This document shows, piece by piece, positions 14,360 through 26,719 of a stretch of 64,000 nucleotides of DNA. The first letter of the stretch is position 1; each line of letters starts with the position of its first letter. Position numbers and translations under genes: made by a program. Below the pieces are notes generated by a model. It did no database searches and was not told the DNA's origin. It saw only the letters and a list, made by a program, of their open reading frames with translations. Source of the DNA: Octopus vulgaris (taxonomy: Eukaryota); the NCBI GenBank assembly GCA_951406725.2, contig OX597820.1, positions 7,254,001-7,318,000 of the forward strand. Direction: 5' to 3'.

Positions 14360-15590
14360 GCAGTTGATTTTTCTGAGTTCGTCTACACTCACACAGGTCT
14401 TGTTTTTCAGCCCGTCAAGTGCCCCATAAGCACCCTCCCATATTCATACATTCATATCTGCGCAATTTTATACTCATAATTTGTTCATCCAATCTCATAA
14501 GGGCTCTCTCCTTCTTCCTTTCTGGATCTGTTATTGACTGCATATCACAATAATTGATGTTCAACTCCAGTTACTAACGGATTTGTAAATGTATGAAAAA
14601 GCCAACTATTCCCTTATCACGATACATGCCGCCTTTTTTCTTGCCATTCTTGGTCATGCTGAATGAGTTACTTCTCTTTATCTTTATTCCAACCCCATCA
14701 TTGAATTAACCAAAGTCATCTTCGGTCTTAAAGATTTGATGAATCTCTTCTAGTGAGTAGATTTCAGCTGATCTTTGAAACGCTACTCTGGTTCTCATTC
14801 ACAAATTGACCAAAGGTAGAGTTACCAGTATAATATCCTACGAGGGAGATATAGACCATCAGACCCATTTCTTTATGAACTCTACGGACGTCCCGGGTGT
14901 CCATTGCACAATCAGCACAATGAAATTCAATTAGATGGTCAGTGCCAAGCTTGGTACTCTCCTGTAGCTTTCTAACTTTCAAAAGTTTCTAATCAAATAG
15001 GATGTTAATTGTGATTCCTGATCACATAATAGAAATTGTACACTTTAATTCTATCGTCCTCCATCTGGCTTTTCCTGCTAACATTCAGTTTTCAGGAGAA
15101 GAAAGGTGCATTGAGCCTCATAGCGAAGATCATACCGCTTCATCATAATATTGTTTAACGGGCGATCGACCACAGTATTTTTGTTCGGAATCTGCTAATA
15201 TCGGTCATATCATGACGAATGTTATAAGATATGGAGAGAGATATTTAGAACCTATTCTAACTGCCACGGCGTAATGGCGCTGGGGCTTTTAGACTGACAG
15301 CTTGTGAGAGTCAGGACTCCTTAGAAATATCAGAAATGTTAGTCTTAAAATCTCACAGCCACTTGACGTCTGATGCCTAAAATCTGGTGCTTAATTATGT
15401 GATACTATGGTCTGTCCAACGTTCGGCTATTCTCATGGCACAGGACAGCAAATCATTAATGAAAACCTGAATGGCCTTGGCTTCGGTTTAGCCAATATGA
15501 GGCCAGTGTTTGAAACTGAGTTTCAAACGTGATCTTTTGCATCTGATTTTCTGCCGGAAGATTGTGTTGGTAATAAGATTATGAGACGTG
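14360..15590 (-). mobile_element. Degraded RTE-clade LINE ORF (AP-endonuclease C-terminal part plus probable downstream linker)
   Basis: 15590-15390 minus translates SHNLITNTIFRQK...KHWP...AMRIAERWTDH, resembling the RTE endonuclease motifs LxITNTxF, HW and AxCWTDH. Many stops; 14360-15390 is assigned only by contiguity. Confidence 0.55.
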
Positions 15591-15606
15591 TATGTGTGTC
15601 CCTGTA

Positions 15607-15665
<59 letters not shown>

Positions 15666-15683
15666 TATATATATATATATATA

Positions 15684-15715
<32 letters not shown>

Positions 15716-16323
15716 TGGAGCAAAACCGCACGCAAACATACATGTATATTTATGTATATTATATATATATATTTTTGCATAAGTACATATATACACCTAT
15801 CTCTTACACCAATATATTCAATTACAAAGATACATACACAAAGCCACATATACGTACACATAGATAGATGCCGATACAGATGCACACACACGCTCATACA
15901 TAATTTATTGAAGAATCGACGTAATGATAAAAGAGACATACAAAAGAATTTTTTAAAAATATAAAAATAAAAGAAAAAAATATCAAGTGAATTAACAGAA
16001 ACATCTAATTGTGTGTAATTGCTTCTAATCGATAGATCGATAGACTACAAATTGATACTTTATTGTACATGCCAGCTCTAAGTAGATGTTTCACGAAATG
16101 AAAGTAATTAAGACTTTAGAAATATTCGCTTTTAGACGAGGAATCTTCAGGATTCCTTGACCAAATTTTCTTCGCTTATGTTTTATTTTATGCCTTCTCT
16201 CTTTTTTTTCTTTTTGGATTTCGAATATCTTTTTCTCTCTGTTTATATACATCTGTGTGTGTGTGTGTGTGTGTGCAAGCGCACATGTGAGTGTGCGTGC
16301 TTATACGTTTTTGTGTTTGGTGT

Positions 16324-16361
<38 letters not shown>

Positions 16362-17058
16362 GCAACTAAAACACACGCACGCACAAACACACATATATAC
16401 ACACACATATATAAACATAGATATGCATATATGTGCATATGTATATGCTTATATGTATGTATGTTTTTGTATACAACTATATAAGGAAGTGTGTTGTACT
16501 TAGGCAAGTACATGCGTGTATGCAAATCTAATGATGATGGGGATGGCGACGACGATGACAACGTCAGCGATAACGAAGATGATGATGATGATGATGACTC
16601 ATACACCCACCCCCTCACTCTTTAATTCATTATTCTCTCATTTCAACATTAATTGTATTTTTTTCTTTAATTTCGTTTGCATTTATTTATTTTCTTCCTC
16701 TTGAAATCTTAAAATAAAATTTGTTATCCGCATTATTTCCGTTTGTTTATATTACATTAATTGGAATTTAACTTTTCTATGTTGTAATTACGCGACGTTT
16801 GCACATCTATCACCCAAACATTACCGTTGATATATCGTAGCAATATCTCGACGCTATTCTTCACTTGTAAGGGCTGTTTGACTTTTTGCCAAACATCATT
16901 GCCTTACAGTCGTCGTTGACGTCGCTGTTATTCAAATTTAGGTCAGCCCTTAAAATAGAACATTAATCGAAGCCATTCAATTTGGGGTGACCTTTATTTT
17001 CCCTTATTTTTCCACACTATGTACCGAGGATTACACTCACACGCACACACATGGTAAA

Positions 17059-17150
17059 GGCGCAGGAGTAGTTGCGTGGTAAGTAGCTTGCTTACCAACC
17101 ACATGGTTCCGTCTTTATTTCCGGGTTCATTTCCACTACGTGGCACCTTG
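17059..17150 (+). mobile_element. SINE family B 5' fragment
   Basis: ggcgcaggagtagttgcgtggtaagtagcttgcttaccaaccacatggttcc...cactacgtggcaccttg. Confidence 0.8.
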
Positions 17151-17239
17151 CACGTTTTTTGTTGTGGTGCACCTGAGCACTGTATACAATAATTTCATTA
17201 TTTTTATTATTTTTATTATTATTATTATTATTATTAAAC

Positions 17240-17460
17240 TCATGGCATCGACTAGGATGAACTAGATAGCCTGTTTCCTAAGAGTTTCGGGCCCGATACT
17301 ACCAAGAATAGCTTCCAGAAATCTCTCTGGCGAGGAACACTGCCGGTTTGTGACAAACTCTACAGGCACGGAATCGCTGTCGGGCAGAAATGTCTGAGAT
17401 ACTCACAGAGCGACGGACCTTTCTACTCGCATTCATGCTGGTGTCCGAGTATTGCTGACC
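17240..17460 (+). mobile_element. L1/Tx1-clade LINE ORF2 fragment (zf-RVT cysteine-rich region)
   Basis: Reads LFPKSFGP...FQKSLWRGTLPVCDKLYRHGIAVGQKCLRYSQSD...CPSIAD, a W..G.LP...L...CxxC...H...CP pattern typical of L1/Tx1 zf-RVT. Confidence 0.7.
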
Positions 17461-17975
17461 ATAGAATAATGAAATAAAAGTTTCAGTGGCCAGAGCTATA
17501 GTGTCAGGTACAACAGTAGCAGTTCGAAAGAATTTACAGAAAATTTTACATCAAACGGCTCTAATTTTGAAGGACACCAGAAAGTGCACATTCTCAGAAA
17601 ATATTCTGACTCTACTACACTTTCAGTCGTCAAAATGCATGAAGAAAGAATTTAGTTATGCTTTGCTAACCTCACGCCCTGGAGGAATGAATAAAATGAC
17701 GAGTGAATTTCATCACCTTTACACAAAACTGTTTGACTATTTATACTTTTCCCTGATTTTTTTTCTTTCATTCTTTCTTCTTTTTCCTTGTTACTAGTTA
17801 TGAAAGTGAAAACTGATGGAACCATTTTATCCGAAAAGGAACGCAGGATTTCTTCGTTCATATTTTGAATTCCTGTGTTTCGTTTTACATTTTACAAGAC
17901 GATCTGTTGAAATATTGTTTCACCTACTGAATAAATAATCATCATTACACATCGTATCGCGCTCTTCTTACTGTC

Positions 17976-18027
<52 letters not shown>

Positions 18028-18042
18028 GTTGTTGTTATTATT

Positions 18043-18459
18043 GAGTGAGAGAGCAGTTCATGCCATCAAAGTGACACTGGGGTAAAATATACGAAGCCCA
18101 GTATACCCATCATGACTACCCGTCTGATAAGGGTACACCAGGCACATGCATCACAACCATATGTGCGCGACATGGTGATCTCATATCAAGATAAACAGCA
18201 CATGACCTTGCAGGTGGGTCCCAGTTAGAATTTTCTTCAGGTTGAGTAGCCCATCCCGCTCAAAAGGTCCCTGAATAAGGGTTGTTTAAGGATGTTGAAA
18301 GAACCACCCATGTTTCCAGAGGTGAATTATTCAAACCCCAAAGAATCCCTCTCAACACATGGCTATGATGCTCCCCCACTACTTCTGCTGGTGATCAGAG
18401 ATGCACATATCATCAGCCACTAAGGGACATGCTCAACTGGTTAAAGTCAAACAACTGAC
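18043..18459 (-). mobile_element. Non-coding repeat family E inserted in a (TAA)n tract
   Basis: Same sequence recurs at 19558, 20295 and (inverted) 30686; all share the end ...ctctcactc/ctctcat followed by (AAT)n. Confidence 0.85.
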
Positions 18460-18507
<48 letters not shown>

Positions 18508-18519
18508 CATCACCATCAT

Positions 18520-18930
18520 TGTTTTACTTCACAGAGCGCTAGGTCTTGTTTGCTTTCATAAACCACTGAGCAGCCTGTTGGCAGAGGTCTCACAGGATAT
18601 CTTTCCGCTCATTATTAGCTTTGATACTCGGTTGTTAATTATCGTGGGAGACATTCAATATCCAAGTACCAATCTCAAAATCCTAGCTGTCCCCAGCAGA
18701 GTAGTTTTGGGGGTTTGCTTTGCTCTTATGTCAATTCTGATTTCTCTGACATATTTCTCGAACTTGGTTGTTAGTGCACCGAGTCCCCCCTACAACTACT
18801 GGAATGACAGACACTCTCCTCATAGTCCACTTTCTTGCAATTTCGTCTTTTAGTAGTCTGTACTTTTCAATCATTTCTACTACTTTTTCACTTAAGCGTA
18901 CATCCCCGGGTACTGCAATATCTATACGAT
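18520..18930 (-). mobile_element. R4/Dong-clade LINE 3' end, family 1 (RLE domain plus 3' UTR)
   Basis: IDIAVPGDVRLSEKVVEMIEKYRLLKDEIARKWTMRRVSVIPVVVGG; collinear with 52600-53030; flanked by (TTA)n. Confidence 0.85.
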
Positions 18931-18946
18931 TATCATTATCATTTTC

Positions 18947-19002
<56 letters not shown>

Positions 19003-19039
19003 CATTATTATTATTATTATTATCTTTTTTTTCTTCTTC

Positions 19040-19498
19040 TTTCAAATTTGCTTCCATTTCTTGATTTCTTGCCGAGTGTCTTCCCGACTCCTAGGGTAAA
19101 GAAACTCATAGTATACATTGGTAGGCCATTAAACTAAACTCACTAGTACGTTCATTTTTTTTAAAGTTAAATTAAAATACATGGGTAGTAATAGTTCTCA
19201 CATCGACAATGCTCTTCTCAATACGTGTGATGTACCAGTTAAGACAATTTTTTGCACTTCTTGCAGGGATGGTAAGCGAGGGATCATTCTCATATAATTT
19301 TCGGTTCCCTTCTTGATCATTCCTAGTGCTCCTACGATCACTGGTATTGTAACCGCCTTGAGATGTCACATTTTCTCAATTTCAATGAGCAGGTCTTTGT
19401 ATTTTCTAAGCTTGTCAAACTCTTTCGCTGAGATATTATGATCGCAGGATATGCTCATGTCGATCAATAAGTAAACGTTATTGTTTTGGTCTTTCACA
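19040..19498 (-). mobile_element. R4/Dong-clade LINE 3' end, family 2
   Basis: Minus translation VKDQNNNVYLLIDMSISCDHNISAKEFDKLRKYKDLLIEIEKM*HLKAVTIPVIVGALGMIKK...LQEVQKIVLTGTSHVLRRALSM*, an RLE C-terminus. Confidence 0.85.
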
Positions 19499-19506
19499 GG
19501 GGATGT

Positions 19507-19556
<50 letters not shown>

Positions 19557-19557
19557 T

Positions 19558-20031
19558 AGTGAGAGAGCAGTGCATGCCATCAAAGTGACACTGGTGTAAA
19601 ATATACTACCCGTCTGATAAGGGTACACCAGGCACATGCATCACAGCCATATCTGCGCTACATATTCATCTCCTATCAAGATAAACAGCGCATGACTTTG
19701 CAGGTGGGGCCCAGTAAACATTTTCTTCAGATGGAGTAGCCCATCCCGCTCAAAAGGTTCCTAAATATTTTTTTTTTGAGGATGTTGAACGAAACACCTA
19801 TGTTTCCAGAGGTGAGGTATTCAAACCCCAAAGAATCCCTCTCAACACATGGCTATGATGCTCCCCCACAACTTTTGCTTGTGAACAGGGATGCACTTAT
19901 CATCACCCACTAAGGAACATACTCAACTGGTTAAAGTCAAACAACTGACAAGCAAATATGTGGCATTGAGGAGAATATTTGCTGCAGCCTATCTTTTATA
20001 CCAAGACAAAACATTGTACATGATAGCACTT
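19558..20031 (-). mobile_element. Repeat family E copy
   Basis: Aligns to 18043-18459 with about 70 nt of extra 5' sequence; (TTA)n on both sides. Confidence 0.85.
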
Positions 20032-20232
20032 CTATTATTATTATTGTTGTTGTTGTTGTTTATGGTTTCCTTTCATTATAACTTTATTTCAGCTGCCTTA
20101 GCACCGGACATCCTCCTGAGGCCAAGAGTGGCAAGAGTGGCAAGGGCACTTTTGTTTTGCTATGCATGCTAAAACTATCACCACATTTATTCCATTTTAA
20201 ATATAGTGCTGTCCTTAGTATATTATATGGGC

Positions 20233-20293
<61 letters not shown>

Positions 20294-20294
20294 A

Positions 20295-20708
20295 TGAGAG
20301 AACTGTGCATGCCATTAAAGTGACACTGGATTACAGATATACACAATCAAATACACCCACCATGACAACCCGTCTGATAAGGGTTCAGTCACACGCATTT
20401 CGACTATGTATGTGCTACATGGTGATCCCATATCAAGATTAACAGATCATGGCCTTGTGGATGGGGATCAGTTAGAATTTTCTTTAGGTCGAGTAGCCAA
20501 TCCCGCTCAAAAGTTCGCGAAATCGAGGATGTTTACGGGTGATGAACGAAACACCCATGTTTCCCGAGGTGAATTATTCAAATCCCAAAGAATTCCTCTC
20601 AAGCACATTGCTATCGTGCTCTCCTACCACTCTTGTTTGTGGGCAGAGAAGCATATATGGTGAATTACTAAGCAACATGCTCAATTGATTATGGTCAAGC
20701 AGCTGGCA
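20295..20708 (-). mobile_element. Repeat family E copy (older, more diverged)
   Basis: gagagaactgtgcatgccattaaagtgacactgg...cccgtctgataaggg... after (TTA)n. Confidence 0.8.
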
Positions 20709-20779
20709 ATTAGGTAAGATCAGAAACCTTAAGAGCCACTTCCTGGTACTGAATCAGAACACTTATCATTAATATTATT

Positions 20780-20916
20780 TTTTTAATCTTTATCTACGTG
20801 CAACATATTAGACGGTTGGGAAAGAAAAGTTCCTAACATCAAGCTACAACAAGCAGACTTAAATGCCAAGAACTCTCCTAAGTATCTTAGCTGTCCCGAA
20901 CAAAACTAATTTTTGC

Positions 20917-20920
<4 letters not shown>
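20780..20920 (-). mobile_element. R4/Dong extreme 3' fragment (additional family)
   Basis: Minus translation QQKLVLFGTAKILRRVLGI*, the conserved R4 C-terminal motif, next to (TTA)n. Confidence 0.65.
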
Positions 20921-20971
<51 letters not shown>

Positions 20972-21308
20972 CTATGGTTAGCAGTTCACGAATAGTTTTG
21001 AAGAAAAAGAATTGAATATATTTCTTTGGGTAGATATTTTCGAAAGATAAAACGAAATAAAGTATAAACTCTCTTGGGGTTTGACTCAGTAATATTTAGC
21101 GCTTATCTAAAAACCCGTTATTTATAATTCTTGCATTATATTTATTTCCTGATTTCTAATCAGGAATATTAATGAAATTGTTTAATTTCCCAAATGAAGA
21201 GGTTTTCTTTTACTGATTGCTTCGTTAATCTCCATGAAAACTTAACGATAGGTCGCGAGACACTGAACTGAGATGTGACATATCACCAACACAAAACATC
21301 ATCTGAGT

Positions 21309-21906
21309 AGAGCTGGCAGAAACGTTAGCACGCCAGGCGAAATGCTGAGCGGTATTTCGTCTGCTGCTACGTTCTGAGTTCAAATTCCGCCGAGGTCGAC
21401 TTTGCCTTTCATCCTTTCGGGGTCGACTACATAAGTACCAGTAACGCACTGGGGTCGATATTAATCGACTTAATCCGTTTGTCTGTCCTTGTTTGTCCCC
21501 TCTGTGTTTAGCCCCTTGTGGGTAGTAAAGAAATAGGTATTTAGTCTGCCGCTATGTTCTGAGTTCAAATCCCGCCGAGGTCGACTTTGCCTTTCATCCT
21601 TTCGGGGTCGACTACATAAGTACCACTTACGCACTGGAATCGATGTAATCGACTTAATCCGTTTGTCTGTCCTTGTTTGTCCCCTCTATGTTTAGCCCCT
21701 TGTGGGTAGTAAAGAAATAGGTATTTCGTCTGCCGCTACGTTCTGAGTTCAAATTCTGCCAAGGTCGACTTTGCCTTTCATCCTTTCGGGGTCGATTAAA
21801 TAAGTACCAGTTACGCACTGGGGTCGATATAATCGACTTAATCCGTTTGTCTGTCCTTGTTTGTCCTCTTTGTGTTTAGCCCCTTGTGGGTAGTAAAGAA
21901 ATAGGT
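21309..21906 (+). mobile_element. SINE family A trimer (one head plus three 184-185 bp bodies)
   Basis: Units start at ggtattt at 21351, 21536 and 21720; the last ends ...aaagaaataggt at 21906. Confidence 0.92.
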
Positions 21907-22571
21907 AATACAAAAAGCTGTAACTGTAATAAATCTGCACCTCAACACACATCGAAGGAAGAGCAAGCAAAGTAGAGCTCGACTGGCAGTAAATAGCAGT
22001 TAAATCCCTATAAGACCACACAATATCATCTAAAACATATACAAAGGAAATATTGGATACTGTAGTTTTTGACAAATTAAGTAGACGTGATGGTCATAGC
22101 TGAATCGTCTTTGATCATAGAGCTGTACAACAGCACAAACTACGTGGTGCAGTAAACACTTTGTATTTGCGTATGCGTGTTTGTGCAAGTGGGATAGAAA
22201 GCGGGGAGAGAGTCATGATGTATTTTAATATTTAGCTTAAGCATTACGAGATTAATAACCTGATATAGAATTAAGTAAAGAATTCAGAACGAAACTGTGA
22301 GTCGAGTTTAGAAGGAAAATAGGAAAGTGAGATGGCAAAGCAATAAACACTTATCTTATGAATTACATTGGCTTACAGCTGTTTCTACTCTAAGATTCAG
22401 CGAAATCATAGTTGAGTGCCTGAGTCTCACCTTAAAGCTTCGGCAGAGGTCCACTGCATCTTATAGAAGAAACAGCTGTCAGCTAATGAACTAATGAAGG
22501 CCATCATGTAACCGTTTATTTCTTTGGCATCGCGTTTTCATGTGTGTGTGTGTACGTATGTATATGTGTGC

Positions 22572-22623
<52 letters not shown>

Positions 22624-22626
22624 AAA

Positions 22627-22669
<43 letters not shown>

Positions 22670-24504
22670 ATGTGTGTATGTGTGTGTACATATCTAGCTA
22701 TGCCATATAAATGCACAGAATATTTGGTGCTGAATATTGTCCTTAAAACAATATTGATGACGCCTCGCAAATGCTGGCAGGAAAGACTTTCGGGCAAAAT
22801 TATCTGAGAGACCCAAGTGGAAGAGATTGTGTGTGCGAAACCGACGTGAGCTTTCTGCCAGTTCCATGCCAAAGCTCTGGAATGCAAAAAATGGTGCATC
22901 ATTAAACACAACCACATATTGTCAGTTAATATCTGGTATTCATTAGAGAAATGTATCCTAAATAATCACTCTTTCTCTCTCACTTCTCTCTCTCTTTCTC
23001 TTTCCTTGTGTCTCTTTTCTCTCGTCCCTCTGTCTCACTCCCTATAATATATGAAAGAAGAGACGGAACGAGAGAAAGACAGAGACAGACAGACAGACAA
23101 ACAGAACGACACACAAACAGAGTAATGATAATAACTCTCGATTTAGTCGAAAGACGTGAAAACCAAGTCTGATAGAAGACAGAGACATATTAAACAGCTT
23201 TGTGGAAGTGAGGAAATGAAGACTGTTGGCATTGTCTGTGGCTAGATTGTGGCTGTAGATATTTTGGTAAATCAGGTTTTAGAGTGACCAAAAATACCCT
23301 AGAGAACAAGAATTGACCTGGTTTCAAAGACAGGATATTGACAGGAAATGTTTCTGCTGATTACCCTTCAATTGAATTGACTTGACCTGTTTTGGAATGC
23401 CCGCTAATGACATGCGCAATGACCCGACATCAAAGAACAGAAATAACAGATAACCAGACCTATGTTTCTGTTGTAGGACGGAGTGGAGCGAGTTTCCAAC
23501 CTCCTCGCCTCAGATTAAGGACTGTTCCAAATTTTAGAATTAGATGAAAGCGAGTCTACTAAAGACAGTTTGCTCTAAGTTATAGCTATTAAACGGGGAG
23601 GTGAAGATGGTGCTCAATTTTTAAACAAGTTGCCGGATGAGGTCTGTGAATGAATGGGGTAGCTTTTAGTGTTCGTGAAGGGCAGTGGATTGGTAGAATG
23701 TCTGAATGACAGACAAATACTTGACGGTATTTAGCTACAGCATTCTAGGTTCTGAGTTACAATCGGGCGAAACATTTCTATGCATTTTATCATGCGAGAG
23801 TTAATGGTATGATTACCATTTCAGTACTGGGGTTAATATAATCGATTGTAACCGTCATCGTTATCAAAATGTATAGCCTTGTTCATTTATAGGAAACCGT
23901 AACTAACTTTCTGAGATCAAATAACTTGATGAAGTATCAACATTTCTGGAGTCAAATACATTGAAATATTTAGGTAACATCATTCATACATCTCAGGTCA
24001 CAACGTTGAAATACTTAGCGCCTTCACAGTTATGGGATCAAATAAAACCAAAGAAGGGATATATTTTTGACCACTCAGATATCAATTATTATATTAAAAA
24101 TAATTTATTATATATAAAAAGTGAGAAATTAATAATATCTACTGATTATGAGTGTTGAAATATCGTCATTCGTATAAGTAGGATTTATTGCAGAGGGATT
24201 ACATGATCTATCTCTAGAATTAGATTAATGAGGTTAATAGCCGCAATTAAACCAAATGTGTAATCGGGTTCAAGTTATTTGATGCGAATCCACAGTACAC
24301 GTTTGTCGCAAGCCGCAAAATAATTGTCTGCTATTCCACAAAAAGTAACCTCAGTCGACATTACAGTAACCTTACATATTAAGTATACACCTTTCTGAAG
24401 ATTTCACAATAAATCTGGATTTTAAAAATAGCATTGTATAATCATTGTTTGTTAATGAAACGCTCGTACGATCGAGTAACATTATACTTTATTAACACTC
24501 ACAG

Positions 24505-24546
<42 letters not shown>

Positions 24547-24582
24547 TAAATATAAACATACATATATATTTATATATATATA

Positions 24583-24626
<44 letters not shown>

Positions 24627-24792
24627 AGTGTATGAGTGTATTTGTATGAGGTTATATGTATATCAGTGATATCAGATATATGGAGAGATGGGTGCCAAAT
24701 AAACAGAAGCAAATATCTATATAAATAGGTGGAGAAATAGGCATAAAATCATATACAAAGTACATGCACATATATATATATATACATACATT

Positions 24793-24824
<32 letters not shown>

Positions 24825-24904
24825 AATATACATACATACATATAAATGCATATATAAATTTATATACACATATATATACATATACATGTATATACATATA
24901 AATA

Positions 24905-24944
<40 letters not shown>

Positions 24945-24991
24945 CACACACATATATATATATACATATGAATATATATATATATATATAC

Positions 24992-25022
<31 letters not shown>

Positions 25023-25761
25023 AATATATATACATATATATACACCCACACATCAGACATTGATATTAAGATAGAGATAAGAATGTTTTATTATATAATC
25101 TTTCCATCGTAATAATAAGAGATAAATATTTCTTGTCTCACATATATACATACATTCATAATATACACTCAGATAAGCTACATACTCATATACGTATATG
25201 CATGTGTATATGTGTCTCTATTTGTTTAAATATATGCATAAGCCTCTATGTGTATAGGGAGATATATGAATGTATATGTGTGTGTACATACATTTATATA
25301 TATATATATATGTATATACATATCTTCATCCACGTATATATGCATATATATATATATGCATATATCTATATGCATATATATATATATATATTCATATATA
25401 AGAATGTATAAGTATATAGATATATATATATAAACATATATATATGTATATATGACTATATGTATATATGACTATATATCTACAAGTATGCATATAAATA
25501 TGTGTGCGTATACTCTTGCACCTATGCACGTGTGTGTGTGTCTGCGTGTGTATCTATAATACCTACGAATAATGGTAAATTAATACCTTCCAATAAATCA
25601 AGACATTATCTTATATGGCATCTTATATACACCTTGTCCGCCTTTGTTGTTCAAACACATGCCACTGGCCACTCACACCTATGGCTTTCTCTTCGCTCAT
25701 TTAAGTTTCATGTATAATGTAGGTATGTATAAAAGACTTCTTATGTATTTACATATATATA

Positions 25762-25800
<39 letters not shown>

Positions 25801-25888
25801 ATAAATAACATACATTTATATGGTATATACATATGTTTATATGTGTATATATACGCATATACATGTATATCTATCTAAACATACACCC

Positions 25889-25931
<43 letters not shown>

Positions 25932-26174
25932 ATCATGCAGATACATATATCTATAATTGTATATGTGTCTGTATGTCTGTACAGTGGATATGTGTTATGT
26001 GTACAGCTAGATGTAGGACTTGCAATGTATGAGTTAGAGCACGACGTAGATCGCCATTATCCAGTCAGTTTCCAATATGGTGGTCAGCCGACCGCTGTAC
26101 ATAGCAGTTTTGGTAGGTATGATGCGCAGAGCGTAAGATAAACTTCTGTAGAAATATTAAGATGCAACTTATGA

Positions 26175-26363
26175 TAGATAGATAGGCAGATATATAGAAA
26201 GATAAGATAGATAGACAGATAGACAGATAAGATAGAAAGATAAGATAGATAGACAGATAGACAGACAGACAGATAGACAGACAGATAGACAGATTGATAG
26301 ATAGATAAGATATATAGATAGAAAGATAGATAGACAGAAAGATAGACAGATAGAAAGATAGAC

Positions 26364-26416
<53 letters not shown>

Positions 26417-26555
26417 GATAGAAAGATAGACATATAGATAGATAGACAGATAGATAGATAGACAGATAGATAGATAGACAGATAGATAGATAGATATGAT
26501 ATAATAGATAGATAGATAAATAGATAGATAAGATAGAATAGATAGATAAAATAGA

Positions 26556-26619
<64 letters not shown>

Positions 26620-26648
26620 ATAGCTAAATAGATAGATAAGATAGAATT

Positions 26649-26689
<41 letters not shown>

Positions 26690-26702
26690 GTAGGTAGATA
26701 GA
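26175..26702. repeat. Degenerate (GATA)n/(GACA)n tract
   Basis: Direct inspection. Confidence 0.95.
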
Positions 26703-26719
26703 TTTGGTGAAATAAGCTA

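Noticed and set aside
21351-21906. CRISPR-like or satellite array
   Set aside because: The units are contiguous 184-185 bp SINE bodies with no unique spacers, in a eukaryotic context. No CUGANGA hammerhead core was found in the unit on either strand.
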